Shown piece after piece: positions 12,454 to 24,921 of a stretch of 64,000 bases of DNA. Made by a program: the position numbers and the translations under genes. Every line of letters starts with the position of its first letter. The first letter of the stretch is position 1. This DNA is from Dictyostelium discoideum (Eukaryota), in the NCBI GenBank assembly GCA_000004695.1, contig CM000150.2:3808001-3872000 (forward strand), in the 5' to 3' direction. Below the pieces are notes generated by a model that ran no database searches, was not told where the DNA came from, and worked only from the letters and a program-made list of their open reading frames with translations.

Positions 12454-13391
12454 ATGAGTGAAATAACACAAAAACCAGAATTAATAAAATATTTATCAAT
12501 TATACATCATTTAGGAGCAGCACATATAGAAACTATAAATGGATTTTTACAAAAACCATCATATATTGGTTTAAGTCCACCCATTACATTATTACCATCA
12601 GGGTCGGATCAAAAGTTAAACAATGATACATTATACCAAATTGCAACAGTTTTAGAGAGAATGGATGATACACAATTCGATGATGTTATATTTTATTTAA
12701 CCAAACAACTTAGACAACCATTGGACCCTGATGAACATCGCCGTCTATCAGAGATATCTTTAACATTGAAGGTATCGCCAGACTATTTAAGTTCAATTGG
12801 TAGAATCTATCAATCATTTCAATTATTCGAGCTATTAACTTGCCACTGTACAGAAGAACATATCAATAAATTAAAGAATGCCTTGACCTCGGTATTCCCA
12901 TTGCCAATGGAGTCCACCGAGGACCAGGATGTTTTAAATCAATTGGTGACACCATCAAAACAAAAGAATTATTTATCAATTTTAGAGAAACTAAAACAAT
13001 TGTTCATACGTACTCGTATCGACTCAATATTACACATTCAAAGTGAAATGATGGAATATCAACAAAATCCATTAGGTAAACAATCAATCACTCAACAACA
13101 TATATGTGACACTTTGGATATTAAATCTGACGAATATTATTTAGCCACTTGTTTAAAAGAGTTATTATTAACTGATGAATTTACTCTCACTTCACTCGCT
13201 GATACATTTCCAAAACTTCAACCATTACAATTACTTCAACTCTCATTATTACCATTTAAAAATATTTATGAAATTTTAGATTTACGTTTAAATTTTGTAA
13301 ATCTTTCTTCAACTTATCAAATTTATGCACCATTACCAAATGATTTAGAATTTAATTATCAATTACCAAATCCAAATAAGTAAGTTTTTTT

Positions 13392-13425
<34 letters not shown>

Positions 13426-15389
13426 CTTAAAAATTTCTAATTTTTTTTTATTGTTATTATTTTTTATTTTAGATTGGAAGTTAGAATTGTTGAACAACCA
13501 CCAGAAAAAGCAATTTATAAAAGAAATGTTAAACCAGCACCATCAGTTGTTTTTGATGGTGATTCAAAATTATTAAATGGAAATTATTATGTACATGTAG
13601 CATTATTAAGGTAAATTTATAAAATATTATTGAAAAAAAAAAAAAAAAAAAAAAAAAAATTTAATATTAATATTTTTTTATTATTTTTTGTTTTTTTATT
13701 AAAGATGTACTGATTTTATTGAAGAACCAACATTTTTAAATGGTGCAAGTAAACCATTTAAAATTGGATGTGGTAAAGTTGTTACATTTAAGAAATTAAA
13801 GATTTTAGTTACAAGTCATCAACAAGGTGAAACATTATTTTGTTTTAGATTTGATCTACGTTGCTATGCATCAGATCCAGAAACCAATCCAACTGATTTC
13901 ACAGTGGTTTCATCAGTACAAACCAATCCAATTAGTGTTTTATCACATTCAACTCAATTAAAGAGTACTGCCATAGCTGATTTACCAAAGGTTACAGAGA
14001 TTTTCCCATTGAATGGTCCAGCCACTGGTGGAACAAGAATTGCATTGTTGGGTTCAAATTTTGCTGATACACCTGCCACTCGTATCAAGTTTGGTAATAC
14101 AGAGGTTGTACCAGAGTTTTATAGTAATGGTACCTTGTTATGCTATGCACCAGAACATGCACCAGGACCCGTTGAAGTGAAAGTAAGTAATAGTGCAAAC
14201 TCTTGGAGTGTCACAATGTGCACCTTCACCTACGACAATGTAGCCACCATTGATAATGGTGATTCAGCTACCCAACAAACCAATGATTTACTATTACCAA
14301 AGAGTTTGTTTGGTTTGGATTTCTCAAAGACGTTCGATTCATCATTTATCATTAAAGGATTGGATAGTGCATCCAATAATTTACCATCAAATAGTGGTGC
14401 TCATCGTAGTTTTAGTACACAACATCAACAACAATCAAGATCTGTAAATCAATTGAATCACAATGGTTATGCTCCAATTCATTATGCTTGTACCTATGGC
14501 AATCAAGTACTCTTGGAGAAAATATTATCTTTACCATTGTCATCAATCAATTGTATCGATAAACATGGTAACACTGGTCTTCACTATGCTGTAATCTTTG
14601 GTCATTTCCAATTGGTTCAATGGATGCTTCGTGTTGGTGGTGCTTCACCAAATATTCAAAATTTCATTGGTCAAACTCCACTTCATTTAATCTCTACTAT
14701 TGCAAACAACCACCACAACAACGAAAAATGTACATTATTTATTGCAAGAGAATTGGTTAAATTTGGTGCCAATGTAAACATTGGTGACATTGATAGTGTT
14801 ACACCACTTCATTATTCTGCTGCTTTTGGAAAGTCTCAAATCCTTTCTTTCCTTCTCAATGAATGTGCTGTTGATTTATATTGTAGAGATGATTCTAATG
14901 AAACTGCCCTTCATTATGCCACTAGAGAACAACATTTAAATTGTATAGAAATTTTATTATCACATGCTTTCAATAAGGAGAGTGATTCAACAACAACAAC
15001 ATCAACAACAAATGAATATGATAATATTTTACATTATTTATCATCAAGTAAACGTTATAATTTTAATCACAATGATCATGAAGATAACGTTCCTCAAGAT
15101 GATGAAGACTTTGATGAAGATGATGAAAATAGTAATGAACCATTTCATTTATTAAAAAATGAAGATGGTGAAACATCATTCCATCTCTCTTTACTAAATA
15201 ATTTAAATAACTCTATAAATAACTCTAATAATAACAAAATCATTGATACCTTTTTAAAATATAATTCAAAATTCCAAGATAAAATTAATAATTCAAAAAA
15301 TTTAAACAAAACAGAACAATCTTTAAATAATAATCATAATAATAATAATAGCTCAATTCTAAAAATAATATCAACTTTTAATCATATTC

Positions 15390-15437
<48 letters not shown>

Positions 15438-15469
15438 GTAATAATAATTTACTTCAAGTAAATATATGA
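12454..15469 (+). CDS. IPT/TIG + ankyrin-repeat transcription-factor-like protein with a candidate Rel-homology-like beta-sandwich N-terminal to the IPT; 3 exons approx 12454-13379, 13473-13610, 13705-15469
   Basis: The first donor is AATAA|GTAAGT at 13380. Exon 2 (LEVRIVEQPPEKAIYKRNVKPAPSVVFDGD..YYVHVALL) ends at a GTAAAT donor at 13611, and a TTAAAG acceptor lies at 13704. Frame is continuous into the 13904 ORF. The IPT/TIG domain is clear (VTEIFPLNGPATGGTRIALLGSNF...GPVEVKV). At least 5 ankyrin repeats are present (GNTGLHYAVIFGHFQLVQWML; VTPLHYSAAFGKSQILSFLL; ETALHYATREQHLNCIEILL). The C-terminal tail is Asn-rich. Confidence 0.7.
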
Positions 15470-15764
15470 AAATTAAATAAAAAAAAAATAAATAAAAAAT
15501 TAATTTATTATAGAAAAAAAAAAAAAAATATTCATACCCACACCCAAACACACACACCCACAAACAAATTATTTCTTTTTTTAATTTTATTTATTTTTTT
15601 TTTATTTTATTTTTTTGTATTTTTAATTTACTTTTTAATCATTGGTCAACGTAAAAAAAAGTTTATTTTTTTTTTTTTTTCTTTTTATTTTTCTTTCTTT
15701 TTAATCTATCTTTCTTTTTATTTTTCTTTATATATTTATTTTTAAATTAATTAATCTATTAGTC

Positions 15765-15815
<51 letters not shown>

Positions 15816-15853
15816 ATCTATTGATTTCTATTTAAATCAATAGATAAAAAAAA

Positions 15854-18081
15854 ATGAATAAAATTTTAATTTTATTTTTATCAGTAATTCTTTTATCACT
15901 ATTTTCAATATTTTTATTAAATTCAATAAATAATCATGATATTGAAATTAAAAATCCAGAAAATAATAAAAATTATAATAATATTAAAAAACAAAAAAAA
16001 ACAGTTAATAATAGACCAGAAAAAATAAAGTTATCAGGTGGTATAACATCAACATTATCAGATATACAATCAAATATTATTAATCAATTAAATAAAAAAA
16101 ATGAATTAAAAATAAAAAATGAAAATAAAAAAAAAAATAATAAAAATAATAAAAATAAAAAAAATAAAAGTAATAAAAAATTAGAAACTTTAGATAATAA
16201 TAAAAATAATAATGAAAATAATAATAAAAATAATATTAATAAAAATAATAAAAAAGTTAAAAATAATTTAATTAATTTTAAAAAAGATGAAATATCAATA
16301 TTTGGATTTAAATGTGAAAATGGTGGTATTGGATTTCATGATGGTTGTATTTGTCCATACGGTTTCAAAGATGAATTTTGTGAAACACCTTCAAAAAATA
16401 TTTCAACTTGTTTTGACCCAAGTTTTAAAATTGAATACTTGTATAAATTAGATCAAGTTGATCCACAAACATGTAAATCAAAAATTGGTTCATTATGTTG
16501 TTGGTCAAAATTTAGAAGTGATAATAAAATTTCAAATTCAATTTTAAATTATAAACAATTATTATTAAAAACAAATAATATTCAAAATTATGAATTAAAT
16601 AACTCTTCAAAATTCAGTATTAATAATAATGATAATCATGATTTAATTATTAAATCAATTTTACAATCATATGGTCCATGGGATGAAAATGATAAATTAT
16701 TTTTAAAATATATTATTATGAATAATATTCAAAAGACAAATTATATTTTAAAATATTCTAATCCAGTTTCACAAAATTTTAATTATAAATTAAATATTAA
16801 TAATAATAATTATAATAATATTAATAATAATAAAAATAAACCTTCAAATAATCATCAAACTCAATTACCAGCATTATCTTTAATACCATCTAAATCAAGA
16901 GCAAAATTAGCATTCGTTTTATTAATTCATGATATTGATATGCCAGCTATAAAATTATTATTCAATCACATTTATAAAGTTAAACATTATTATGTTATTC
17001 ATGGTTTGTATTTTAAAAAGTTTAAATAATTTTTATTATTATTTTTTTACTAATTTTATTTTTATAATTATTATTATTATTATTATTTAGTTGATGCTAA
17101 TTTTAAAGATAGAGTAAAAATAAATCAATTAAAAGAATATGTTAAAAATTTAAAGAATCAAAATTATAAAAAGGATATATTCATTCCAAAGAAATATCCA
17201 AATAATATTGAAATATTACAAGAAAGATTTCAAAATAGTTGGGGTTCAATTTCATTGGTTTATTCTGAATTGGCATGTTATACAAAATTAGTTGATATGG
17301 TATTAGATAGGTCAATGGTAACTGGTGTTGATGAAAAATGGTCACATGTTATTAACCTTTCAATTAATGATTTCCCAATTAAACCAATCTATAAATTAGA
17401 ACAATTCTTTTCTCAAAAATCAAATATACAAAAGAATTTTATAAATGAAGATAATATTTTAAAAGAATCTGAAAGATATAATGTAATTATAATTATGATA
17501 TTAATATTAATAATAATAATATTTAAATTACTCATTCATAATTATATTAATTTTATTTTTATATTATTTTAATTTTTTTATTATTTTAGAAATCATGGGT
17601 TGAATGTGGTAAGAGACAAATGGTATCTATTAATTTTGGTAGTGTTGGATTAGAGGATGCTGATGCTGATGGTGATAATTATCATTTATGTGGTTTAGAT
17701 AATGGTGGTGTTGAAAAAACAATTAATAGAAAAAATTATAAAGAAGGTTCACAATGGCATTTTATTACATTTAAATTTGCACATTATTTAATTTCTGATT
17801 TCAGATCAATTTCAAGATTATTCTCAATGAAATTCTCTTTTATTCCAGATGAATCTTTTTTCCAAATTGCAAAGTCTGAATCAAAAGATTTATTAATTGA
17901 TCAAGATTGGGATATTGATAATTATAGATTCATTCCATGGTATAATAGTGATAAAGCTTTAATTGTTGGAATGGACGAAATAAAGAGTAATTTCAATAAT
18001 AATTCAAGATATTTCTTCACACGTAAAGTTTATACATCAGATATTAAAAATGAAATAATTGAAAAATATTTAAAAGATTAA
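15854..18081 (+). CDS. Glycosyltransferase family 14 (core-2/I-branching / xylosyltransferase-like), type II membrane protein; 3 exons approx 15854-17003, 17091-~17480, 17590-18081
   Basis: An N-terminal signal anchor (MNKILILFLSVILLSLFSIFLL) is followed by an Asn/Lys-rich stem and an EGF-like Cys module (FGFKCENGGIGFHDGCICPYGFKDEFC). GT14 motifs are 'LAFVLLIHDIDMP...HYYVIH|VDANFKDR', 'NSWGSISLVYSELACYTKL...WSHVINLSINDFPIKP' and 'KEGSQWHFITFKFAHYL'. Introns are GTTTGT..TTTAG and GTAATT..TTTAG, and frames are consistent with the track. Confidence 0.7.
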
Positions 18082-18452
18082 AATTAAAATTAAAATTAAA
18101 ATAAAATAAATAAATTAAAAAAATAAAAATTATCTTATTTCCAATTCCACCAAAAAAAAAAAAAAAAACCCATGAACAGTGGATTTTGTATAAATCCACT
18201 TTTTTTGGGTTTTAATTTTTAAAATTTTTCAATTTTTTTTTTTTTCTAAAAATAATCAAAGAATCTTATTATTAATTTTAATTTTAAAAAGAATTTTATA
18301 AATAAATTTCATGAAATAATAAAATAATAAAATATTGAAGTGTTATAATTTTTTAATTGAAAAATAAAAATAAAAAAATAAAATAAAAAAAAAATGTAAT
18401 ATAAATTTATATTTAAAAAGAAAATAATTAAAAAATAATAATAATAATAATA

Positions 18453-19580
18453 ATGGAGGATAATATAACTTCAATTGTAATTGATTGTGGATCTGGTATG
18501 TGTAAAGCTGGAATTGGTGGTGAAGAATTTCCAAGAGTTTCATTTCCATCAATTGTAGGAAAGCCAAGATTTGAAAAAACAATGTGTGCTATTGGTAATA
18601 AAGAATATTATGTTGGTGATGAAGCTCAATCTCAAAGAGGAATGTTATCATTAAAATATCCAATTAAGAATGGAATAGTTGTTAATTGGGAATATATGGA
18701 AAAATTGTTATTTCATATGTTTTATAATGAATTACGTGTTTCTCCAGATCAGTATCCAATTCTTTTCACTGAATCACCATTAAATCCTAAATCAAATAGG
18801 GAAATGTTAACACAAATAATGTTTGAAAAATTTAATGTACCAGCTTTATATATAGCAATTCAAGCTGTCCTTTCATTATATGCGTCTGGTCGTACATGTG
18901 GTATTGTTTTGGATTCAGGTGATGACGTTACACATACAGTGCCAATTTATGGTGGTTATGTTTTACAACATTCAATAATTCGTTTAAATTTTGCTGGAAG
19001 TGATTTAACAGAATATATGGCAAAATTATTATTAGAACGTGGGTATTCATTTACAACAACTTCTGAAATGGAAATTGTTAAATCAATTAAAGAGAAATTA
19101 GCATATGTTGCTATTAACTTTAATGCTGAAATGTCAAAACCAATCGATACATTAGAAACAACTTATCAACTACCAGATGGTCAAATAATAATAATTGGAA
19201 ATGAAAGATTTCGTTGTGCTGAAGCGTTATTTCAGCCATCAATGATTGGCTTAGAATGTGATGGTATTCATGAAACAATTTTCAAATCAATAATGATGTG
19301 TGATATTGATATTCGTAAACATATGTATGCAAATATTTTATTATCAGGTGGTAATACAATGCTCTCAGGAATTTCCGACCGTATCTATAACCAACTAAGA
19401 GAATTGGCACCAAATAATATGAAAATTTTAATTGTTGCTTCCCCAGAAAGAAAAAATCTTGTATGGATAGGTGGATCAATTTTAACTACTCTTCCCCTAT
19501 TCCAAGAAATGTGGATCTCAAAAGAAGAATATGATGAACATGGCCCATCAATTATTAATAAAAAAGTTGGATTATATTAA
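18453..19580 (+). CDS. Actin family protein (divergent actin), single exon, 375 aa
   Basis: The ORF is full length and actin-like throughout ([22 protein letters not shown]...[18 protein letters not shown]...[27 protein letters not shown]...). It has diverged from canonical act8-type actin. Confidence 0.85.
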   Translation: MEDNITSIVIDCGSGMCKAGIGGEEFPRVSFPSIVGKPRFEKTMCAIGNKEYYVGDEAQSQRGMLSLKYPIKNGIVVNWEYMEKLLFHMFYNELRVSPDQYPILFTESPLNPKSNREMLTQIMFEKFNVPALYIAIQAVLSLYASGRTCGIVLDSGDDVTHTVPIYGGYVLQHSIIRLNFAGSDLTEYMAKLLLERGYSFTTTSEMEIVKSIKEKLAYVAINFNAEMSKPIDTLETTYQLPDGQIIIIGNERFRCAEALFQPSMIGLECDGIHETIFKSIMMCDIDIRKHMYANILLSGGNTMLSGISDRIYNQLRELAPNNMKILIVASPERKNLVWIGGSILTTLPLFQEMWISKEEYDEHGPSIINKKVGLY

Positions 19581-19660
19581 ATAAATTGTTTTTAGGGAAT
19601 TAAAATATGTATTTATTTTATTTATAGTTTTAATAAATAATAATAGACAAATAAAAAAAA

Positions 19661-19938
19661 TTAAATATTGACATAAAGATCTAAAAGTGAGCCAAGATTC
19701 AAAGATAAACCCAATAATTGAGATCTATCGTCACTTTGGGAAGTACCTTGATTAGCACTAACTTTAAAGTTTGACATTGACTTATTTGTTTGGGTTGATT
19801 TAACACTTCCCATTGATGCAATTGATTCTATTATTAAAAAAAAATTATAATTAGTAAATTATTAACTTGTTTATTTAAAAAAAAAAAAATTATTTAAAAA
19901 AACATTTTTTTAACAATTTAATAATTACTGTATAACAT
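19661..19938 (-). CDS. Small Ser/Gly-rich hssA/2C/7E-like family protein, 58 aa; 2 exons approx 19938-19929 and 19827-19661
   Basis: On the minus strand the 10-nt exon ATGTTATACA is followed by a GTAATT donor, and an AATAATAG acceptor lies at 19828. Translation is MLYKSIASMGSVKSTQTNKSMSNFKVSANQGTSQSDDRSQLLGLSLNLGSLLDLYVNI*. The family assignment comes from memory of the Dictyostelium hssA-like small proteins. Confidence 0.5.
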
Positions 19939-20712
19939 TTTATTTTTATTTTTTTAAAAAAATTGTAATTAAAACTTTTTTGTTTTATTTGTTTTATATG
20001 TTTTATTTGTTTTGGAATGAAAAATAAAATTATTAAATTTGAAATTTATAGTTTTTTTTTTTAAGGTTTTTTTTTTTACTTATATTAAACTATATTAATT
20101 ATATTATATTTTTAATAATTTTCTTATTTTATTTTTTAAGATCTCATTTTTTTGAAAAAAAAATACAAAACAAGATTGTGTTTGAAAAAAAAAAAAAGGT
20201 ACATCTTCCAATTTATTCTTAGTAAAAAATAGGAATAAAAATTTTAAGAAAAGTAAATCCCATTTTGTATTTTGTATTTGAGATCATTGTTTTTTATCAA
20301 TTAAAAATTGAATTCGTATATTTTTTATTTTGGAAATAATAATATTTTGATTAAAAAATACCAAATGGTTTTATATTGGTTAAAATTTTTAATTACGTAA
20401 ATGGTGGGGGGATCTAAAAAAAATAAAAGATATATAATTTCAATACCCCCTAAAAAAAACAGCAAAATAATTTAAATAAAAATTATGATTGCACCAGGTG
20501 TGTGTGTTTTAAATTTTAAATTTTAAATCCAACAATTAAAGAGGATATTTTTTTTTTAGAACTCCTGAACACCCAGCATTAATACTTATATCATGTATAA
20601 AAACTCATTATAAAAAAGAATATTACATTTTAATATTAAAAATTTAAAATCTATTAATTGTTTATTTAAATTTTAAAATAAATTTATTTTAATTATTATT
20701 ATAACTAAATTT

Positions 20713-20950
20713 TTAAATATATATATCCAATCCTAACAATGAACCAAGGTTGAGAGAAAGGCCAAGCAATTGGACATTATTTAAACTTTGTTTACTTGAG
20801 GCATCACTAATATTGGTAAAATTAACAGATGCGGTTTTGGTTTGGGATTTACCAATAGAAGAAATTGATTCTAAATTAAAAATTTGGTATTAGTATCTTT
20901 TTTTTTTTTTTGTATTTCTCAAAAAAAAATTAATATTTACTGTATAACAT
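20713..20950 (-). CDS. Small hssA/2C/7E-like family protein paralogue, 55 aa; 2 exons approx 20950-20941 and 20870-20713
   Basis: It shares the 10-nt first exon (ATGTTATACA|GTAAAT) with the previous gene, and the intron is conserved at its 5' end. Translation is MLYKSISSIGKSQTKTASVNFTNISDASSKQSLNNVQLLGLSLNLGSLLGLDIYI*. Confidence 0.5.
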
Positions 20951-21206
20951 TTTAGCTTTTTTGAGTTTATAATTTTTTGTTTTTAATGTTTAAAAAAAAA
21001 TTTTAATTAAACAAATTTATACTTTTTTTTTTTTTTTTTTTATCCATAAAAAATAATTTTAAAAGTCCAAAAAAAAAAAAAAAAACAAATTAAATAATTA
21101 ATAGGAATTAATAATAATAATTTGGTGTTTCTAAATAAACAAATACCAAAAATCTATTACATTTTCGTTTTAATTAATTTAATAAAAAGGAAACAAAATA
21201 ATTTAA

Positions 21207-21333
21207 AATTGTTTTGTCCAAGAAAATTTTAATTTTATTTTAATTTTTGAAAGATTAATGTAGATAATAATTTCGAAAATAGGATTATTTCTTGGTATAG
21301 ACATACGAGTTGGATGTATTTTCTTGGACAAAA
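21207..21333. repeat. Perfect 16-bp inverted repeat (ttttgtccaagaaaat … attttcttggacaaaa) flanking ~95 bp in the intergenic region
   Basis: Direct reading. In this AT-rich context a 16-bp perfect palindromic pair is unlikely by chance. It could form a ~127-nt hairpin. Confidence 0.5.
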
Positions 21334-21650
21334 CAAAAATCCTTTATAAATTATTACAAATCTTTTTTTTATCTTGCCAATAGTGCCAATGGATTCCAAT
21401 ATAAAGAAAAGTTTTTTTAAGTAATAAATTATAATTATATTATAATAGTTTATTTGTTAATTGAAGAATTTATATTTTTAATGAAGCCAATTTTGGTTGG
21501 TTTGAATTAAATAATTCAATCCATTTTAAAAACAATTAAAACATTTAATAAAGACTTTTTTTTTTTTTTTTTTTTTTAGTTTATAAATACGTTTACTTTT
21601 TTTTTTTAGTTTTTTTTATTATTATTTATTTTTTTATTTATTTATTTATT

Positions 21651-22649
21651 TTAGTAATTATTGAAATAACCCATTGAAACAACAAAAGTACTTTCAGCAG
21701 TTTGAGAGATAATTTTAGCATTTTGGATATCGAGTGAAACGAAATTTAAGACAGCGTTAAAGTTGACAGCTGCGTAGAGAGTAGTTTGATGAGCAGCATG
21801 TGAAACAACATTAACTTGTTGAGCTGCAGTGAAAATACCTAATGGTTTGACAGCACCAGTTTCTGGATCGATTAAAGCATAATCTTGACCAGAGTTACCG
21901 TTTGAATCGGTGATGATTACAGTACCAACTAAAACATCCAATGATGGTACATAAAGTAAATCGTATGGACCAGAGGTGACACCAGTTGGTAATACTAAAT
22001 TGACGGAACCAAGGTTTTCACCTGAACGAGTATCAAAAGTGGTGACAGTGACATCGTTGACAGTTGCAGTGACAACATAATAAGTATGATTCCAAGTTGA
22101 AAGACCAACACCTAAAAATGCACCTTCAACTGATCCATAAACATCATATGAACCTGAAGCTGGATCAATTTCACCAACTAACCATGTATTGTTACCTTCT
22201 GAAATTACACATTTTAATGAATTAACATCACTATCATATCTTAAACCATAAACTAATTCAGTTGTTGGTAATGGTACGAAATAATTAACTTTATTTTTTG
22301 CAACATTAATTGTAACTAAATAATTAATCTATAAAAAAAAAAAAAAAAAAAAAATTTTAAGTTAATATATATATATTTTTTAAAATAATAATAATAAATG
22401 AATAAATAAGTTTTAAAAACTTACACCATTATTTGAAAGTTGGAAAGTAAAGATTGAAGTTAAATCATTCATTGCGCTATTACCTGGAAGTGAATTTGTG
22501 AAATTTGGGAATAATAATGAGTAAGTGGCTTGACCAGCAGTGGTTGAGATTTGACCAAAGTTGGCTGTGTTACCAGTTTGCCAAACACCATATAAATTTG
22601 CACTTGCATATGAAATTAATGAGAGAATAACTAAAAATAATAACTTCAT
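21651..22649 (-). CDS. Secreted beta-rich protein of unknown function (signal peptide), ~301 aa; 2 exons approx 22649-22425 and 22328-21651
   Basis: Exon 1 (MKLLFLVILSLISYASA...FTFQLSNNG) ends at a GTAAGT donor at 22424. The minus-strand frame stays open from the TTTATAG acceptor (22329-30) down to 21651. Gly/Thr/Val-rich 'VYG..VTV' repeats suggest a beta-propeller or lectin-like fold. The 21941 'M' in the track is a TTG, not a true start. Confidence 0.6.
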
Positions 22650-23160
22650 TTCTTTTTCTTTCTTTTTTATAATATCTACAATATATATAAATAAATAAAT
22701 GAATGAAAAAAAAAAAAAAAAAAATAAAAAAAAAACGGCCTCGGGTTTTGTTTATTTTTTTTTTTTTTTTTTTTTTTTTAAAATTAAAAAAAAAAGAAAA
22801 AAAATAAAAAAAATAAAATATTTTAAAAAATATCTAAAAAAAAAATCGTAAAAATCATCCAAATTTATACTGAATTGTTATTTTTATTTTATTTTTTTAT
22901 TTTTATTTTTATTTTATTTTTTTATTTTTATTTTTTAATAATTGATCAATTAATTCCCAATATTTAAAATTCTTAAGAATCATTTGAAACCAATTAATTA
23001 TTCCTTATTTCTTTTTAATTTTTTTTTTTTTTCATTTTTTTATTTTTTTTTTTTTTTTTTTTCTTTCATTTTTTGTTTTTCTCACTTTTTTTTTTTTTTC
23101 TTTCATTTTTTTTTTTTTTTTTTTTCAATGTAAACTCAAAAGCAACAGTTGTAAATCAAT

Positions 23161-23468
23161 ATGGTACATGTTTATAAAGGATTATTTTTAGAATGGTAAG
23201 TTACAAATGAATAATTAAATTAGTGGTAAAAATTTAGCAAATCATAAATTCTAAATATTAATATTACTTTAATTTATTATAAAGTGACCCACCAACTAAA
23301 CAATTTGTAGAGTATATAAGTAAACAAGAACATTTCGAAGTAATTGTTTTGGATGAAACACATTTATTCCTTCAAGGTGGTGATGAAAAAGTTATAAATT
23401 CAATACAAAGAAGAATTGATGATTTACAAAATCAAAATACATATTCAGTATTTGATAAAGATCAATAA
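23161..23468 (+). CDS. gtf2h5: TFIIH subunit p8/TTDA (GTF2H5/Tfb5) homologue, 72 aa; 2 exons approx 23161-23195 and 23285-23468
   Basis: The gene is absent from the ORF track because its exons are short. MVHVYKGLFLEW/C|DPPTKQFVEYISKQEHFEVIVLDETHLFLQGGDEKVINSIQRRIDDLQNQNTYSVF aligns with human p8 ([26 protein letters not shown]...DIDDTHVFV...LQERVGELMDQNAFS). The intron runs from a GTAAGT donor (23196) to a TTATAAAG acceptor (23284). Confidence 0.7.
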
Positions 23469-23692
23469 TTATAGAGAGAAAAAAAAAAAAAAAAAAAAAA
23501 AAAACATATAATATATAATTGTAAATAATAAATAAAATGAAACTATTTTTTTTAATGTAAATAATTTTTATTATTATTATTATTTTATATCTTTATTTCT
23601 ATTTATTTTTTATTTTTTTATTTTTTATTTTTTTATTTTTTTTTTTTTATTTTTATTTTTTTTTTTTTATTTATTTATTTTAAAATTAATTT

Positions 23693-24274
23693 TTAAATTG
23701 TATTAAAAACATAATCAAAAATTGGAGAAGTTACACCAAAATTTCTATTATCATCTTTGAAATGATGATTGAGATGATTAGTTTTAATTGTTTTGAAGAT
23801 GGTTGGTAACCAATCGATATCGGCATGATGGAAATAGTAATGGAAAGTATCGTAAAGCATGTAACCACAAGCAATACCGGAATAGAGAGCCCATGGTATA
23901 CCAGTGATTTGTAAAAAGTCTGGGAAATTTAAGAAAAGTTTATAAGCACCATATCCAATAAACACAGAGAAAACTGGTGGAAATGTTAAACGAGTATGAT
24001 CCATTGGAGTTAAATGATGAATACCGTGAATGAAAAAATGGAAAAAGTTACCCCAATATGATGATGTCTCCAAATGAAATACAAATCTATGTAAAATATA
24101 TTCAATTAATGACCACATAAATAAACCTATAAAAAATATAACTGTTGATACTAAAACTGATGATTTCTCTTGAATTATTGAATAAATATAACATGCTGTA
24201 ATAATTGGTATCCACTATAAAAAAAATAATAAAAAAGGGGGAATTAGATTAGTATTTATTTTATATATATGTTT

Positions 24275-24315
<41 letters not shown>

Positions 24316-24921
24316 ACATACTAAAATGAAAATATACCACCATGGCCAACGTGTGAATAATTCTAAGATTGAATTATCGAAAATGATGATTTTATTTAAA
24401 CCAGTTTGAGAATGAATCCATTTTAAGTAGTTTTTACCCTCTAATAATTTAAGTTGTGGTACCATTGCTTTATTTACATCTATACTATTTAAAATTTTCT
24501 CATCTATTGAATTATCTGATGTATATGAAATTTTATTACTATTGTTGTTATTATTGTTATTATTGTTTATGTCAGCACCATCTTTTTGTTTTTCTTGTTT
24601 TAATTTTTGTTGATTTTTAATATATTCTAAAACTGTTGGTTTGGTTGTTGGTTTACGGTAACCTGCTAATTGACCAATTGAATATTGTTTTAACATGTTA
24701 TAGGCTACTAATGAATGTTCATGTAATTGACCATCTATGAAAACATCTGAAATATCTTCACCTAAATGTTCAACTAAAATATCGGAACCACCTGGATGAT
24801 CATATATAAATGATGTTATATCATAAACTTGTCCATCAATTACTACCCATGCATTTGATTTTTCATTATGTTTTTTTACTTCACTTAATAATATACCATT
24901 ATTTTGTTCTGATTCAATCAT
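23693..24921 (-). CDS. Fatty acid 2-hydroxylase (N-terminal cytochrome b5 domain + C-terminal di-iron His-box hydroxylase), ~374 aa; 2 exons approx 24921-24322 and 24214-23693
   Basis: The cytochrome b5 heme motif HPGGSDIL is in exon 1. His boxes HRFVFH, HGIHH and HHFKDD are in exon 2. The GTATGT donor (24321) and TTTTATAG acceptor (24215) both have phase 0, and the join runs through TM helices (RWPWWYIFIL|WIPIITACYIY). Confidence 0.8.

Noticed and set aside
17440-17530. An apparent +1/-1 frame inconsistency in GT14 exon 2 between my base count and the ORF track
   Set aside because: The track shows one continuous ORF (17255-17572). I attribute the discrepancy to my miscounting A-runs at two line boundaries and do not call a frameshift here. 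It does mean my fine coordinates can be off by 1-3 nt.
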